DNA of 64,000 nucleotides, from contig CAYGLK010000001.1 of NCBI GenBank assembly GCA_964350985.1, positions 228,528-292,527 on the forward strand. Reading direction: 5' to 3'. The notes under the pieces were generated by a model, which was not told the origin of the DNA, ran no database searches, and worked only from the letters and a program-made list of their open reading frames with translations. A program made the translations under genes and the position numbers. This DNA comes from an uncultured Candidatus Saccharibacteria bacterium (GTDB lineage Bacteria > Patescibacteriota > Minisyncoccia > Phycocordibacterales > UBA918). Below are positions 37,905 through 47,346 of this stretch, one piece after another (within the stretch, counting starts at the first letter, position 1; the number at the start of each line of letters is the position of its first letter).

Positions 37905-38483
37905 TCAATCCAAACACTCCTCCAACAATTCTGGAAACTTATCAGTACCCATGTTTTCAAGACAAAAATGGCCATAGTCTTTGAACTCCTTATATTTAAT
38001 ACCGCTTACCTTTTGTTTGAGTATCTGTACTGATTTTTGGACTTGCACATGGTCGTCACTTGAATTAAAAATTGTGACTCCCTTCGTGCGATCTACAAGA
38101 TTAGAGTCAATCTCAAAATGAAAGAAATCAGCCGTGTCGGGCTTTGCTTTATCTTGTGGATTTATCCAGGGTGCCACTAATACAACCTTCCCTACTTTTA
38201 CATTTTTATTTTCACTTAACCAACGCACCAAAAATCCCCCACCGCAGCTATGTCCAACTAATACTGTGTCTGGCCCAATTTCAAATCTCTCTAACTCTTT
38301 TTTCCAGACGTCATATCTTGGCTGCCAAGGTCTAGGTATTTCTAGCGCTACTGCAAAAACTTCATTAATTTGAAGATGTTTTGAAAGCCAAGGAAACCAA
38401 AGGCTATTGCTATTTGTTGGAAAATCTGGAGAATAATATTCTTCTTTATCTGGGCTTCCTGGAACCAATATTGCATTTCTCAT
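37905..38483 (-). CDS. RBBP9/YdeN-family alpha/beta hydrolase
   Basis: WFPWL, LVGHSCGG, VLVAP, SSDD, GHF; TGCTAGAAT 7 nt before ATG. Confidence 0.9.
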   Translation of the reverse strand: MRNAILVPGSPDKEEYYSPDFPTNSNSLWFPWLSKHLQINEVFAVALEIPRPWQPRYDVWKKELERFEIGPDTVLVGHSCGGGFLVRWLSENKNVKVGKVVLVAPWINPQDKAKPDTADFFHFEIDSNLVDRTKGVTIFNSSDDHVQVQKSVQILKQKVSGIKYKEFKDYGHFCLENMGTDKFPELLEECLD

Positions 38484-38588
38484 AATATAGATTCTAGCAG
38501 GTTGGCAAGTCGCAAGAAAGCCTTAATTGAAATTAAAAAACCATGGGACACTTTCGCGTCCTCATGGTTGCTGGCCTCATGAACCTTG

Positions 38589-38807
38589 TCAGAGTTGGTG
38601 CAGGAAGCGGTTGATTCGTTCCTGATCCTTCTCTTTCCATTGCTCGTAAGTCAGTCCGCCGGAGCCAACTGGATTTGAGCAGGGTTGTCTACCTTTCTGC
38701 CCCCATCCTCCTGGAGTAGAATCCTCCGCTCCGCAGTTGACACAGACGGCGTCACGAAGTGACGAGTCCGAAAAACGTGTTACGTGGCTTGGGTGTAGCT
38801 CATTCAT
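38589..38807 (-). CDS. Orphan small protein (His/Cys, possible Zn-binding)
   Basis: SD AAGGAG, promoter TTTACA-17-TACGAT, H...CVNCG...C, terminator at 38535-38570. Confidence 0.6.
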   Translation of the reverse strand: MNELHPSHVTRFSDSSLRDAVCVNCGAEDSTPGGWGQKGRQPCSNPVGSGGLTYEQWKEKDQERINRFLHQL

Positions 38808-38943
38808 GTTGCTCTCCTTGCACGGTAAATAACTGCAAATTTATCGTATATCAACATGTCTTCCGTGTAAAGTTTTTGAGTTTTGACAAAAGACTCTCTG
38901 TTGTTAGTATAAATATATTACTCCTCACTAAATAAATCTAAAT

Positions 38944-39483
38944 ATGCATACAAAATACGATCTAGAAACGGTAAAAGCATTAGTAGTTGTCTCAGCTAAG
39001 GAACACGGAAAGATATACGTCCTTGAAAATGGAGGCCTTAAAGGATTGTCGTACACAGAAGAACATCCGCCTACATACAGTGATAATGAAGGATTCTTAA
39101 CTCGTTCAACTGGAGGTCAACAACTAGGAAGTGGTAACGTGCTAGAAGATGCCGATGAACATAATTTACAGAAGTACATAAAAGCAATTACTACAGAATT
39201 GCGTGAAGTCGTCTTGAAGCATTCGCCGGAAGTTGTTTTTGTGATTGAACCAGAACATCTAAAGGGTCAGATAAAAACAAACTTAGTGGTTGATAATAAG
39301 ACTGCGGTAGAAGAGATTGCTTATGGTAACTATGTAGAAAAAGACACAGAAGTGATTTTTGATCTGGTACGTAAAGCTTTGACTGAAAGTAAAGATCCGA
39401 CTGACCCAGACTCAGTAGCTGCCGGAGAAAACGCTGAAGAAAAAAGAAAAATTCTAGAAGTTGGAAAAGAAGTTTCCGGGTAA
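38944..39483 (+). CDS. Host-attachment / baeRF12-like protein
   Basis: LVVVS...GKIY, YSDNEG....S.G...GSG, KYIKAI..EL, VFVIEP..LKG; family call from motif memory. Confidence 0.6.
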   Translation: MHTKYDLETVKALVVVSAKEHGKIYVLENGGLKGLSYTEEHPPTYSDNEGFLTRSTGGQQLGSGNVLEDADEHNLQKYIKAITTELREVVLKHSPEVVFVIEPEHLKGQIKTNLVVDNKTAVEEIAYGNYVEKDTEVIFDLVRKALTESKDPTDPDSVAAGENAEEKRKILEVGKEVSG

Positions 39484-39676
39484 TTTGTAACTGAAACAAA
39501 AATAAAAAAACCACGCAACGAGGTTGCGGGCTGTTTCTCTCGAATCCTTTGATTGAGAGACTGCTTTTGAATTGTAAATCAAGTTTAGGTGTTCGGCGGG
39601 AACGGACTTTCGATCCGTCCCGCCGAACATTTGGCTGGCTTAGCTACTCACATGTAGCTTTGCCGACCAGCAGTGG

Positions 39677-40276
39677 TCAGACCAGGTCTGCGTTGGCGCG
39701 AAGCATTGCTTCGGGCGTGTACTTTCCGCCGGTGATCTCGAAGAGATCTCCGCCAGGCTGAAGCCGCGGCATGAGATGCTCGTAGGTCTTGCCGATGATG
39801 TGCGATTCGGTGACCAGATCGTTGGCAGTGATCACGATCCCGTGCATGCCCAGGTACTGCTCGGGCGAGACCAAGAGTCCAGCGTCGGTGAGTGCGTTCT
39901 GCACGCCGAACTTGATGGTCTGCTCGATGCGGTCCTGCGTCGTGGCTGCCACTTCGAGTGCGGCCATCTTCAGCGGATTGTAGGTATCCGCGTCGCGGAA
40001 AACCATGATCTTGACCGGTGGATTGACCATCCGGACCAACTTGTTCATGCCGCCGGAAATGTCGCTCACGATGACCGGACTGATGTTTCCGAAACGCTCG
40101 CTGATCGGGGCTTCAACCGCACCGATGCGTATGCCGTCGTGGTTCTTGAGACCGATCTGCTGGTCGATGTCACAATCGGTGATATTGGTAACCATGAGAT
40201 CGCCGGCGAACGAGGTGGCAGAAACGCCCGAAATCAGAGCGGCCACAATGAATGTGGCCAGGGTATTCTTTTGCAT
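39677..40276 (-). CDS. Orphan secreted protein, high GC
   Basis: Signal peptide ending SFA, SD AAGGA, strong GC3 bias, long leader with boxA-like GCTCTTTCACAA, promoter TTGACA at 40468. Confidence 0.75.
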   Translation of the reverse strand: MQKNTLATFIVAALISGVSATSFAGDLMVTNITDCDIDQQIGLKNHDGIRIGAVEAPISERFGNISPVIVSDISGGMNKLVRMVNPPVKIMVFRDADTYNPLKMAALEVAATTQDRIEQTIKFGVQNALTDAGLLVSPEQYLGMHGIVITANDLVTESHIIGKTYEHLMPRLQPGGDLFEITGGKYTPEAMLRANADLV

Positions 40277-40539
40277 GGTTGATTCCTTGAATGATAGTCG
40301 AATGCCCCTGCGACGAAATGAAAGCCTCGTAGCAAGTAGCAGGATAAGTACCTAAAAAGATACACATTCTGCTACTCGCTACTATCTAAACTTGATTTGT
40401 GAAAGAGCTAAACAAAATTGGCTCGCTTGAGCCGACGAGAAATATAGCACGTATTAAATCTATGTCAAGCGGTTTTTACTGTGTTTAAAAAACACCCGGC
40501 CTCTTTCGAGTACCGGGTTAACTTTGGGGTTTTGTACCA

Positions 40540-41181
40540 TCACCGTCTTGCTCGATTTCGTTCTGCTCGTGCCAAGCGTGCGGCACTCGGCTGCCCTCCT
40601 TTTTTCTTTACCCTCTTGTTGTAGGCTTTCCGTTCGTTGCGGAATTTTCGTACAAACGGCATTGCCTCTTCTGGCATACAGTCATCCCACCCGAGGTTTA
40701 CTCGTTTGGCGTGCCTGAAGCAGCGCCAGAAACGCGATCCAATGCCACCACCCCGTACTATTTGCATAAACCTTCCACATTCGGGACATTGTGGACGGTT
40801 TTGTATTCTCACCTGGGCAATGGCTGCGCAGAGGCGTAAGCGGTACAAGAAGTTCTCAGTGCGATTCATTGGGTGGGAAAAATACAGAACTTCATTCCCT
40901 CGCTTGATGAGGACCCAGCCATTGTCACTGTCTCGAGCTTGCTCCATCGATTCGATGTAGCTTGTCCAGACAATTACTGTTAGACCCTTGGTCCTGAATA
41001 TGAAACCGACTTCCCGCTGGTCATGAGTCTCGGGAGGAATATCTGATTCTTTCACACCCTCCTCTCTTGCAACAATGTCCGGCCTCCTTTTCTTGCGGGC
41101 AATCCTCTTAAACCCTCTTTTCAACATTTTCCTTTCAAACTCTTGGAACCTTTCCTTGCCGAATAGGACTAGCGCTGGCAT
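40540..41181 (-). CDS. Orphan basic protein with zinc ribbon (probable start MPALV)
   Basis: CPECG...C..H; SD GGAG, boxA-like TGCTCTTT, promoter TTTACA(41239)-17-TATTGT. Confidence 0.7.
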   Translation of the reverse strand: MPALVLFGKERFQEFERKMLKRGFKRIARKKRRPDIVAREEGVKESDIPPETHDQREVGFIFRTKGLTVIVWTSYIESMEQARDSDNGWVLIKRGNEVLYFSHPMNRTENFLYRLRLCAAIAQVRIQNRPQCPECGRFMQIVRGGGIGSRFWRCFRHAKRVNLGWDDCMPEEAMPFVRKFRNERKAYNKRVKKKGGQPSAARLARAERNRARR

Positions 41182-41268
41182 TTGCCTTCTCCACAAAGAG
41201 CACGAACAATACAATAATCCTGATTTTCTCTATTGTAAAGATTATTATTGCTTGATAGATAGCTAAAC

Positions 41269-41967
41269 TTATTGATTTAGCTTTTCCAGTACTTCAGTTA
41301 ATGTTGGCACTAAATACAGTTCTACTACCCTGCTGTATCCTAACTTGTTCAAATGGATGCCGTCTGAGAGCTTATTTTCGGCTTTTAAGAAGATTTCTGT
41401 GGTTAGGAAAGGAATCAATAGGGTATTGTTTTTTTGGGCCAAATCAGGGTAAATAGCGTCAAATTCTCTCTTGTAGCTAAGACCTGCATTTAAAGGAGAT
41501 TGCATCTGGAGCAAAGCTACAACCGGAGGATTTGTTCCACTTTGTAATATTTCAATAGTCTCAGAGATATTTTTCTTGGTGTCTTCAAGTGGAAGGCGTC
41601 TAAGGGCGTCATTGCCGCCGATACCAACTAGTATTATGTCTGGGTTTTGACTGCGAATAAACTGAGCGCGCTCTAAGTTACCTCTTGTAGTTTCACCACT
41701 GACACCAGAGTTAATTACTTCCACATCTTGTCCTTGGACTCGAAGCGCTACTTCTAACTGAGCAGGGTAAGACTCACTGGCCGGTAGTCCAAAGCCGGCT
41801 GTTAGACTATCTCCAAAAGCAATAATCTTGATAGCTGCTTCAGCAGCGTTTTCTCTCGGCTTGATATCGGATACAACATTAGAGTTTTGGTTGTTAGGCC
41901 ACAAGAAATAACTCATCAAGATAATGAGTATTAAAGCCGGTAGTCCAAATTTAACGAGAGGAGTCAT
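41269..41967 (-). CDS. TesA-like GDSL/SGNH arylesterase, membrane-anchored (probable start MTPLV)
   Basis: FGDSLTAG, NSGVSGETT, GGND, DGIH. Confidence 0.92.
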   Translation of the reverse strand: MTPLVKFGLPALILIILMSYFLWPNNQNSNVVSDIKPRENAAEAAIKIIAFGDSLTAGFGLPASESYPAQLEVALRVQGQDVEVINSGVSGETTRGNLERAQFIRSQNPDIILVGIGGNDALRRLPLEDTKKNISETIEILQSGTNPPVVALLQMQSPLNAGLSYKREFDAIYPDLAQKNNTLLIPFLTTEIFLKAENKLSDGIHLNKLGYSRVVELYLVPTLTEVLEKLNQ

Positions 41968-44443
41968 AAGATAATAGTTGGCGAAGTTGCATTGTATCAG
42001 TTTTAAATAAATAAAATCCAATTAGAGCTACAAGTAAGACAATTAAAGCTAAGCCACTAATAAGTTGAAGATCAAAAAAGACAGTGCTGTCTAATTCCAG
42101 ATAATATTTAGTAATGATAAACGTGATAGCTAAGCTGAGAACATATGACACTATTGCTGCCACTAAGGTTAAAGATATTGTTTCGCTTAAGTAGTGTTTT
42201 AAGACCATTAATCTAGTAGCACCAACAGCGCGCATCTTGGCTCCGTCTCTTTTTCGAAGTGAGTATGAAGAAATAACTAAAGTAGTTACTAGCAGAGTTG
42301 CTATCAGAAGTGGTGGTAGGGTCACAATAAAGATGAGTATCAGAAGAGTTTGAATTAGTCCGATCAAAGCTTCACCAATATCACCGGTTTCGATCAAGGT
42401 GACATTCGGCATTGTTTCAGCCAAGAAGTTTCCTAACTCTCTTTGGGTAGCTTCCGGATAGTCTGCGTAACCAAAATAAACACCAGGGAAGAGCTCAAGA
42501 TCAGTTGGAGATAGAATAAAGTAGAAAAATGGTAGACCAGAACGTGATTCTGTTTGCCTAAGGCTGGTTACTTCCCCACTAACTTCAAAACCTTGTATTA
42601 AGAAAGTAATACTAGAACCAAGTTCAACTCCTGCCCTACCAGCTAGTTCTTCATCAACTGAAATTTCACCAGTTCTGCCTTCGTGCCAAGTTCCATTTGT
42701 TATTTGTTCACCATCTTGTAGTTCTGCACTAGAAGTGATGTTAAATTCCCGTCTGAGTTCGCGATCAATTTCAGTATTTCCACTCTCTATTTCTTCTTGG
42801 ATAAGTACACCATCTATTTCAATGATCCGAGCACCAATATTTGAATATAATTCTATTTCATTAAACTCCTCTAGGAGTTGATCTTTCTGTGATGGTTGAA
42901 CATCAAGTACGTATGTTGTCGGAATTGAACCTGAGAGATCGTCGGTTAAGTAACGTTCAAGGGAGATCTGTAGTAGTGCTAAGGTACTAAGTGCTGTTAG
43001 GGCAATAAATAGTGAAGTGAAAGAAACGATACCAAAAAGACCATCAGCTTTCTTTTGACTGATAATACTTTTGATAAAGAATGAAAAACGATTACGACTT
43101 TGATAAAGTCGATATAAAAGATAGCTAAAGGCTAAAGCAATCAAAATATAGACAGCTGCAATAATTGCGATAGTAATAATTCCCTGGGTAATACTCTGTA
43201 GTAGAAAACTAGCCAAGAACATTAGGGGTAGCAGTGAAGAAACTGAGGTCAGAAGTAAAGATTTGGTGTCGGCCTTTTGGTTTGTGTCGACTTCCCCATC
43301 AACCAGTATTTGCTTAGGGTTTAGTGACAAACTTTTTTGAATAGCAGGGATAAATGATGAGATAGAGACAGCGATAATTAGACTAAGACTAATAGCTAAG
43401 TAAATAAAGATATCCGGAGTCGGTAAAGTAATCTGGTAAAGGTTTAAAACCGTGTCACTGATGACGTAAAAAATACCAATACCAAGAATACTTCCAAAAA
43501 TCCCAGCCACTAGCACTGCGTATGCTAGTGTAGTCGCCAAAACAGCCACCAGAACCTTTTTTCTCATACCAAGCGACAACATCACTGCTAAGCTCTTTCT
43601 TTCAGTTGTGATCAAGTACAGAGTGCTTGAGTAGACGTTAACAGCAGCTAGTACCGCCGTAATTAAGACAGCAATAATAAGAAAGTCAGAAACTAGCTTG
43701 AGGCCAAACTGTAAGCCGGTAGATCCTTCTGCAGCTACCCTAACTCGGAGCTCGCGACCATACTCTTCTTCAACTTTATTGATAGTCTCGATATCACTGT
43801 TACTAAGAGAATCAAATCTGGCAGCATACTGATATTCGAGTCTCAAAAAAGCCGGGTCAATTTTTGTATTTGTAAAACCGGTCTGATTAAGAATGGCTTT
43901 TGGTAAAAAGTTAAAGCCACCCAAAAGAGAGGTTGGATCATTTTTTATAATCCCAGCTAAAGTAAACTCACTCTCGCCAAAGACAATTTTGTCTCCGATG
44001 TTTATGTTTAATCTCTCAGCACCGTTTTTGTCTAAAAGGATCTCATTGTCATCGAGTGATTCGTATACTCGATCTTCTAAAACTAACTCACCGTAAAGTG
44101 GGTAGTTTTGATCAACAACCTGAATCGAAAATGAAGCTGTCTCTTCTGTTGATTGAAGAGTTCCGTTTAGAAAAATCTGTTCAGATTCTGTCTGCGGTAT
44201 TAAACTTGTCTCTTCCCAAAAACTCTGAATATCAAAAGGAACACTGCTTTCAACAACAACATCACCACCAAGAATAAACTTAGATTGCTCGCTAAGTAGT
44301 AATGAACTTGAGCTAGTCAGAAGTAGAATCAGTACTAAAACAACCGCTGTTACAGCTAGTGAAGCAAACGGCAAGACAAAGTGTCGCCATTCTCGTTTTA
44401 TCAGTCTTAAGCTGTAGGTAAAGACAAGATTAATTACGTTCAT
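41951..44443 (-). CDS. YbbP-like FtsX-family ABC permease
   Basis: Duplicated MacB/FtsX architecture, LGGDV, YPLYG, P..Y..D.QP.Q. Confidence 0.88.
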   Translation of the reverse strand: MNVINLVFTYSLRLIKREWRHFVLPFASLAVTAVVLVLILLLTSSSSLLLSEQSKFILGGDVVVESSVPFDIQSFWEETSLIPQTESEQIFLNGTLQSTEETASFSIQVVDQNYPLYGELVLEDRVYESLDDNEILLDKNGAERLNINIGDKIVFGESEFTLAGIIKNDPTSLLGGFNFLPKAILNQTGFTNTKIDPAFLRLEYQYAARFDSLSNSDIETINKVEEEYGRELRVRVAAEGSTGLQFGLKLVSDFLIIAVLITAVLAAVNVYSSTLYLITTERKSLAVMLSLGMRKKVLVAVLATTLAYAVLVAGIFGSILGIGIFYVISDTVLNLYQITLPTPDIFIYLAISLSLIIAVSISSFIPAIQKSLSLNPKQILVDGEVDTNQKADTKSLLLTSVSSLLPLMFLASFLLQSITQGIITIAIIAAVYILIALAFSYLLYRLYQSRNRFSFFIKSIISQKKADGLFGIVSFTSLFIALTALSTLALLQISLERYLTDDLSGSIPTTYVLDVQPSQKDQLLEEFNEIELYSNIGARIIEIDGVLIQEEIESGNTEIDRELRREFNITSSAELQDGEQITNGTWHEGRTGEISVDEELAGRAGVELGSSITFLIQGFEVSGEVTSLRQTESRSGLPFFYFILSPTDLELFPGVYFGYADYPEATQRELGNFLAETMPNVTLIETGDIGEALIGLIQTLLILIFIVTLPPLLIATLLVTTLVISSYSLRKRDGAKMRAVGATRLMVLKHYLSETISLTLVAAIVSYVLSLAITFIITKYYLELDSTVFFDLQLISGLALIVLLVALIGFYLFKTDTMQLRQLLSYDSSR

Positions 44444-45116
44444 GTAGGGTTAGATTTTTTATTTCAAAGACTCGATCCATGCGAGCTGCAATACTTTCGT
44501 CATGGGTGATGATAACCAAAGTCTTCCCTTTTTGACTCACTGTATCTAGAAGTAGGTTTAGAACCTTCTCTCCAGTTGCCCGATCGAGACTACCGGTTGG
44601 TTCGTCAGCTAGGATTAGGTCTGGTTGGTTAGCTAAAGCTCTTGCAATAGCAACTCGTTGTTTTTCCCCGCCTGATAAAGTAGAAGGTAGTGCATTCTTT
44701 CTTTCTGTGAGTCCAACACTCTCAACTAAGTTTTCAACTAAACTTGGGTCAAATTTTTTGGCCGCAATTTCTAGCGGGACAGCGATATTTTCGGTAACTG
44801 TAAAAGGAGTGATTAATTCAAAAGCTTGGAAAATAAAACCAATCTTTTGATTACGTAGTTTAGCAAGTTCATTTTCATTCAGTGAGTTAGTCAAAGTTCC
44901 GTTTAATACTATCTCCCCGCCAGTTACGTCGTCCAATAAACCAATTAGAGAAAGCAGTGTCGATTTACCAGACCCTGAAGGACCTACTATGGCGACCTTC
45001 TCACCTTGAAAAACCTCGAAGTTAATATCTTTTAGTATTTCTAACTTCCCTTTCTGAGTGTTAAAAGATTTTGAAACTGACTTTAGTTTTATAATTGAGG
45101 TTGGATTATTGTTCAT
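44430..45116 (-). CDS. YbbA/LolD-like ABC ATPase (probable start MNNNP)
   Basis: GPSGSGKST, LSGGEKQRVAIARAL, ADEPTG.LD, ITHD; TGTTATAAT 6 nt upstream. Confidence 0.93.
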   Translation of the reverse strand: MNNNPTSIIKLKSVSKSFNTQKGKLEILKDINFEVFQGEKVAIVGPSGSGKSTLLSLIGLLDDVTGGEIVLNGTLTNSLNENELAKLRNQKIGFIFQAFELITPFTVTENIAVPLEIAAKKFDPSLVENLVESVGLTERKNALPSTLSGGEKQRVAIARALANQPDLILADEPTGSLDRATGEKVLNLLLDTVSQKGKTLVIITHDESIAARMDRVFEIKNLTLHERN

Positions 45117-45167
45117 AAGTGCATTATAACATTTATTAATAAAACTCCTGAATCTTGCATCGGGTAA

Positions 45168-45200
45168 CAAAAAACTCCGTGCGAAGCACGGAGTTTTTTT
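45168..45200 (-). terminator. Terminator of the ribosomal protein operon
   Basis: AAAAAACTCCGTGC-GAA-GCACGGAGTTTTTT. Confidence 0.88.
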
Positions 45201-45203
45201 GGA

Positions 45204-45614
45204 TTAACGCTTTGACCAAGCTGGTCGCTTTCGAGACTTTCTGAGACCGAACTTCTTTCGTTCAACTGAACGTGGATCTCGCTTAAGGAAACCTTCTCGC
45301 TTAAGTGGAACACGACGATCAGCCTTTTCTTTTACTAGAGCTCGAGCGATTCCAAGACGAATAGCTTCAGCTTGTGAAGAAATACCTCCACCAACTACCT
45401 TTGCAGTAATTGAGTAGGACTCAATACCAGCGTCTTTTGTATCCAAGACAGAGTTAATAACTCCTTGAAGTGAAGCGTGTTGGAAGTACTCTGTATGAGC
45501 TTTGTTATTTACAGTAATTGAAGTTGCTTTCGCAGGTGTGATACGCACTCGAGCAGTAGCTGTCTTTCGACGTCCAATTCCTTCAATGTATACTTCTGAT
45601 TTTGTAGTTGCCAT
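45204..45614 (-). CDS. rpsI: 30S ribosomal protein S9
   Basis: GRRKTATARV, GGG.SSQAEAIRLGIARAL, RDPR.VERKK.GL.K.RK.PAWSKR. Confidence 0.98.
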   Translation of the reverse strand: MATTKSEVYIEGIGRRKTATARVRITPAKATSITVNNKAHTEYFQHASLQGVINSVLDTKDAGIESYSITAKVVGGGISSQAEAIRLGIARALVKEKADRRVPLKREGFLKRDPRSVERKKFGLRKSRKRPAWSKR

Positions 45615-45619
45615 AATAA

Positions 45620-45982
45620 TTATTCTGAAATGATTAGACGCTTCAAGAGTTGTTTCTTGAGCTTGTTGTTTGGTAGCATTCCGCCAATAGTACGACGAAC
45701 TACTTCAGCGTAACCACGACGATCAGCTAGGTGACCTAGAGTTTCTGTCTTTCGTCCACCTGGGTAACCTGAGTAAGATTGATAGATCTCAATTTTCTTC
45801 TTTTCTGGGATATCTAGCTTACTCACGTTAGTGATAGTCACAGTTACATCAGCGATTAGATTTCGAGCGAAATCTGCACTGTCTTTACCATTTAGTACCA
45901 TTGCAGCTTCAGTCGCCAAAATACCCAAACGCTTTCCTTTTGCGTCGATTGTGTGGTTTCGAGTTGTTGTTTCAGTAGTCAT
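45620..45982 (-). CDS. rplM: 50S ribosomal protein L13 (short form)
   Basis: IDAKGKRLG.LA, YSGYPGG, GMLPNNKL. Confidence 0.95.
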   Translation of the reverse strand: MTTETTTRNHTIDAKGKRLGILATEAAMVLNGKDSADFARNLIADVTVTITNVSKLDIPEKKKIEIYQSYSGYPGGRKTETLGHLADRRGYAEVVRRTIGGMLPNNKLKKQLLKRLIISE

Positions 45983-45987
45983 AATAT

Positions 45988-46344
45988 TTATTCAACAAAT
46001 TCAATTACCGCTTCATCACGTCCAGAAGGCATACGTCCCATCTTGATGATGCGAGTGTAACCACCGTTTCTTTCAGAAAACTTTGGTGCAATGTCAGTAA
46101 ATAGTTTTTTAATAATAGCGTCAGTTGGTTCACCGAGTCTACTTGCAACAATTCTCCGTGCAGCAACATCGTTTTTCTTAGCTGTAGTAACAAGCTTTTC
46201 AATACGAGGTTGCAACTCCTTAGCTTTAGCTAAAGTAGTAGTGATTTTGTTGTCTCGGATTAGAGATACAGAAAGACCACGTAACAAAGCTGTTCTTTGG
46301 TCTTTGTCTCTTCCTAGGGTTCTGTTTTTATTTGAATGTCTCAT
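45988..46344 (-). CDS. rplQ: 50S ribosomal protein L17
   Basis: MRH...R.LGR, ITTTLAKAKEL, R.GGYTRI. Confidence 0.97.
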   Translation of the reverse strand: MRHSNKNRTLGRDKDQRTALLRGLSVSLIRDNKITTTLAKAKELQPRIEKLVTTAKKNDVAARRIVASRLGEPTDAIIKKLFTDIAPKFSERNGGYTRIIKMGRMPSGRDEAVIEFVE

Positions 46345-46346
46345 AC

Positions 46347-47312
46347 TTATTCTGTGAGTGATAGACTCATTTGGTCTAGCATTGCTTCTATTTCTTCTAG
46401 ACCTTTTGGTCCAATCCCGTCAAGCGCTAGAATATCATCTTTTTTCTTTCGCACAAGGCCTCCGAGAGTTCGGATGCTAGCTTCTTCTAGAGACTGCAAA
46501 GTTCGAGATGAAAGATTTAGAGTTTCGATTCGAGTTTTTAGGATGTCTGGATTTGGTTCTGAAGCAGTATCTTCTGCTTTTTCAGGTACGGCTTCTGGTG
46601 CTGATTGTGAAGGGTATTCTTCTTGGAAGCCAATAACTGACTTCAGCTGATGAATCATGATCTCAATAGACTTTTCTAGAGCAACTTTTGGTGTAAAAGT
46701 ACCATCTGTTTCAATAGTAACTCGCAATCGGTTGTAATCTGTTCGATCACCTACACGCATGTTCTCTACTTCGTAGTTTGCTCGTCTGATTGGTGTAAAG
46801 ACTGCATCTAAAGCAATAGTGCCGATTTCAACCTTTTCCTTTTGGTGAATTTCTCGAGGAACATAACCAAGACCTTTTTCAACTAGAAGCTCCATTTCGA
46901 AGTTAGTTGATTTTGCTGTTACTTCAGCGATGTGTTGTTCTGGGTTTAGTACTTCAACTTGTGATGGTGTAACCAAGTCAGCTGCAGTAATGTTACCAGC
47001 GCCACTTTTTTTGATAGTAATCTTCATTGGTTCATCACCATGAAGAGTAAGTCGTACACGACGTAGATTTAGAAGAATAGTGATCACATCTTCTTTAACT
47101 CCAGCTAGAGTTGAGAATTCGTGTTCAGCTCCTTCGATCTTTACTTGTGTAATAGCAGCTCCAGGTAGTGAAGAAAGAATAATTCTTCGTAGTGAGTTAC
47201 CTAGAGTGTGGCCGTAGCCAGGATATAGGTTGTCAATTTCAAATACTCCTCGTAGTCCATCCTCAGATACAACTCGTGGCTTTGAAGGTAGAGTGACGTT
47301 TGTTTCTAACAT
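46347..47312 (-). CDS. rpoA: RNA polymerase alpha subunit
   Basis: GYGHTLGNSLRRIILSSLPGAAIT, HEFSTL.GVKEDV, alpha-CTD. Confidence 0.98.
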   Translation of the reverse strand: MLETNVTLPSKPRVVSEDGLRGVFEIDNLYPGYGHTLGNSLRRIILSSLPGAAITQVKIEGAEHEFSTLAGVKEDVITILLNLRRVRLTLHGDEPMKITIKKSGAGNITAADLVTPSQVEVLNPEQHIAEVTAKSTNFEMELLVEKGLGYVPREIHQKEKVEIGTIALDAVFTPIRRANYEVENMRVGDRTDYNRLRVTIETDGTFTPKVALEKSIEIMIHQLKSVIGFQEEYPSQSAPEAVPEKAEDTASEPNPDILKTRIETLNLSSRTLQSLEEASIRTLGGLVRKKKDDILALDGIGPKGLEEIEAMLDQMSLSLTE

Positions 47313-47346
47313 AGTTTTTACAATTACACTTATTAACTTCCTACCC

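Noticed and set aside
39776-40355. Plus-strand ORFs of 168 and 116 aa
   Set aside because: They are antisense shadows of the high-GC minus-strand gene, which has the SD, signal peptide and promoter.
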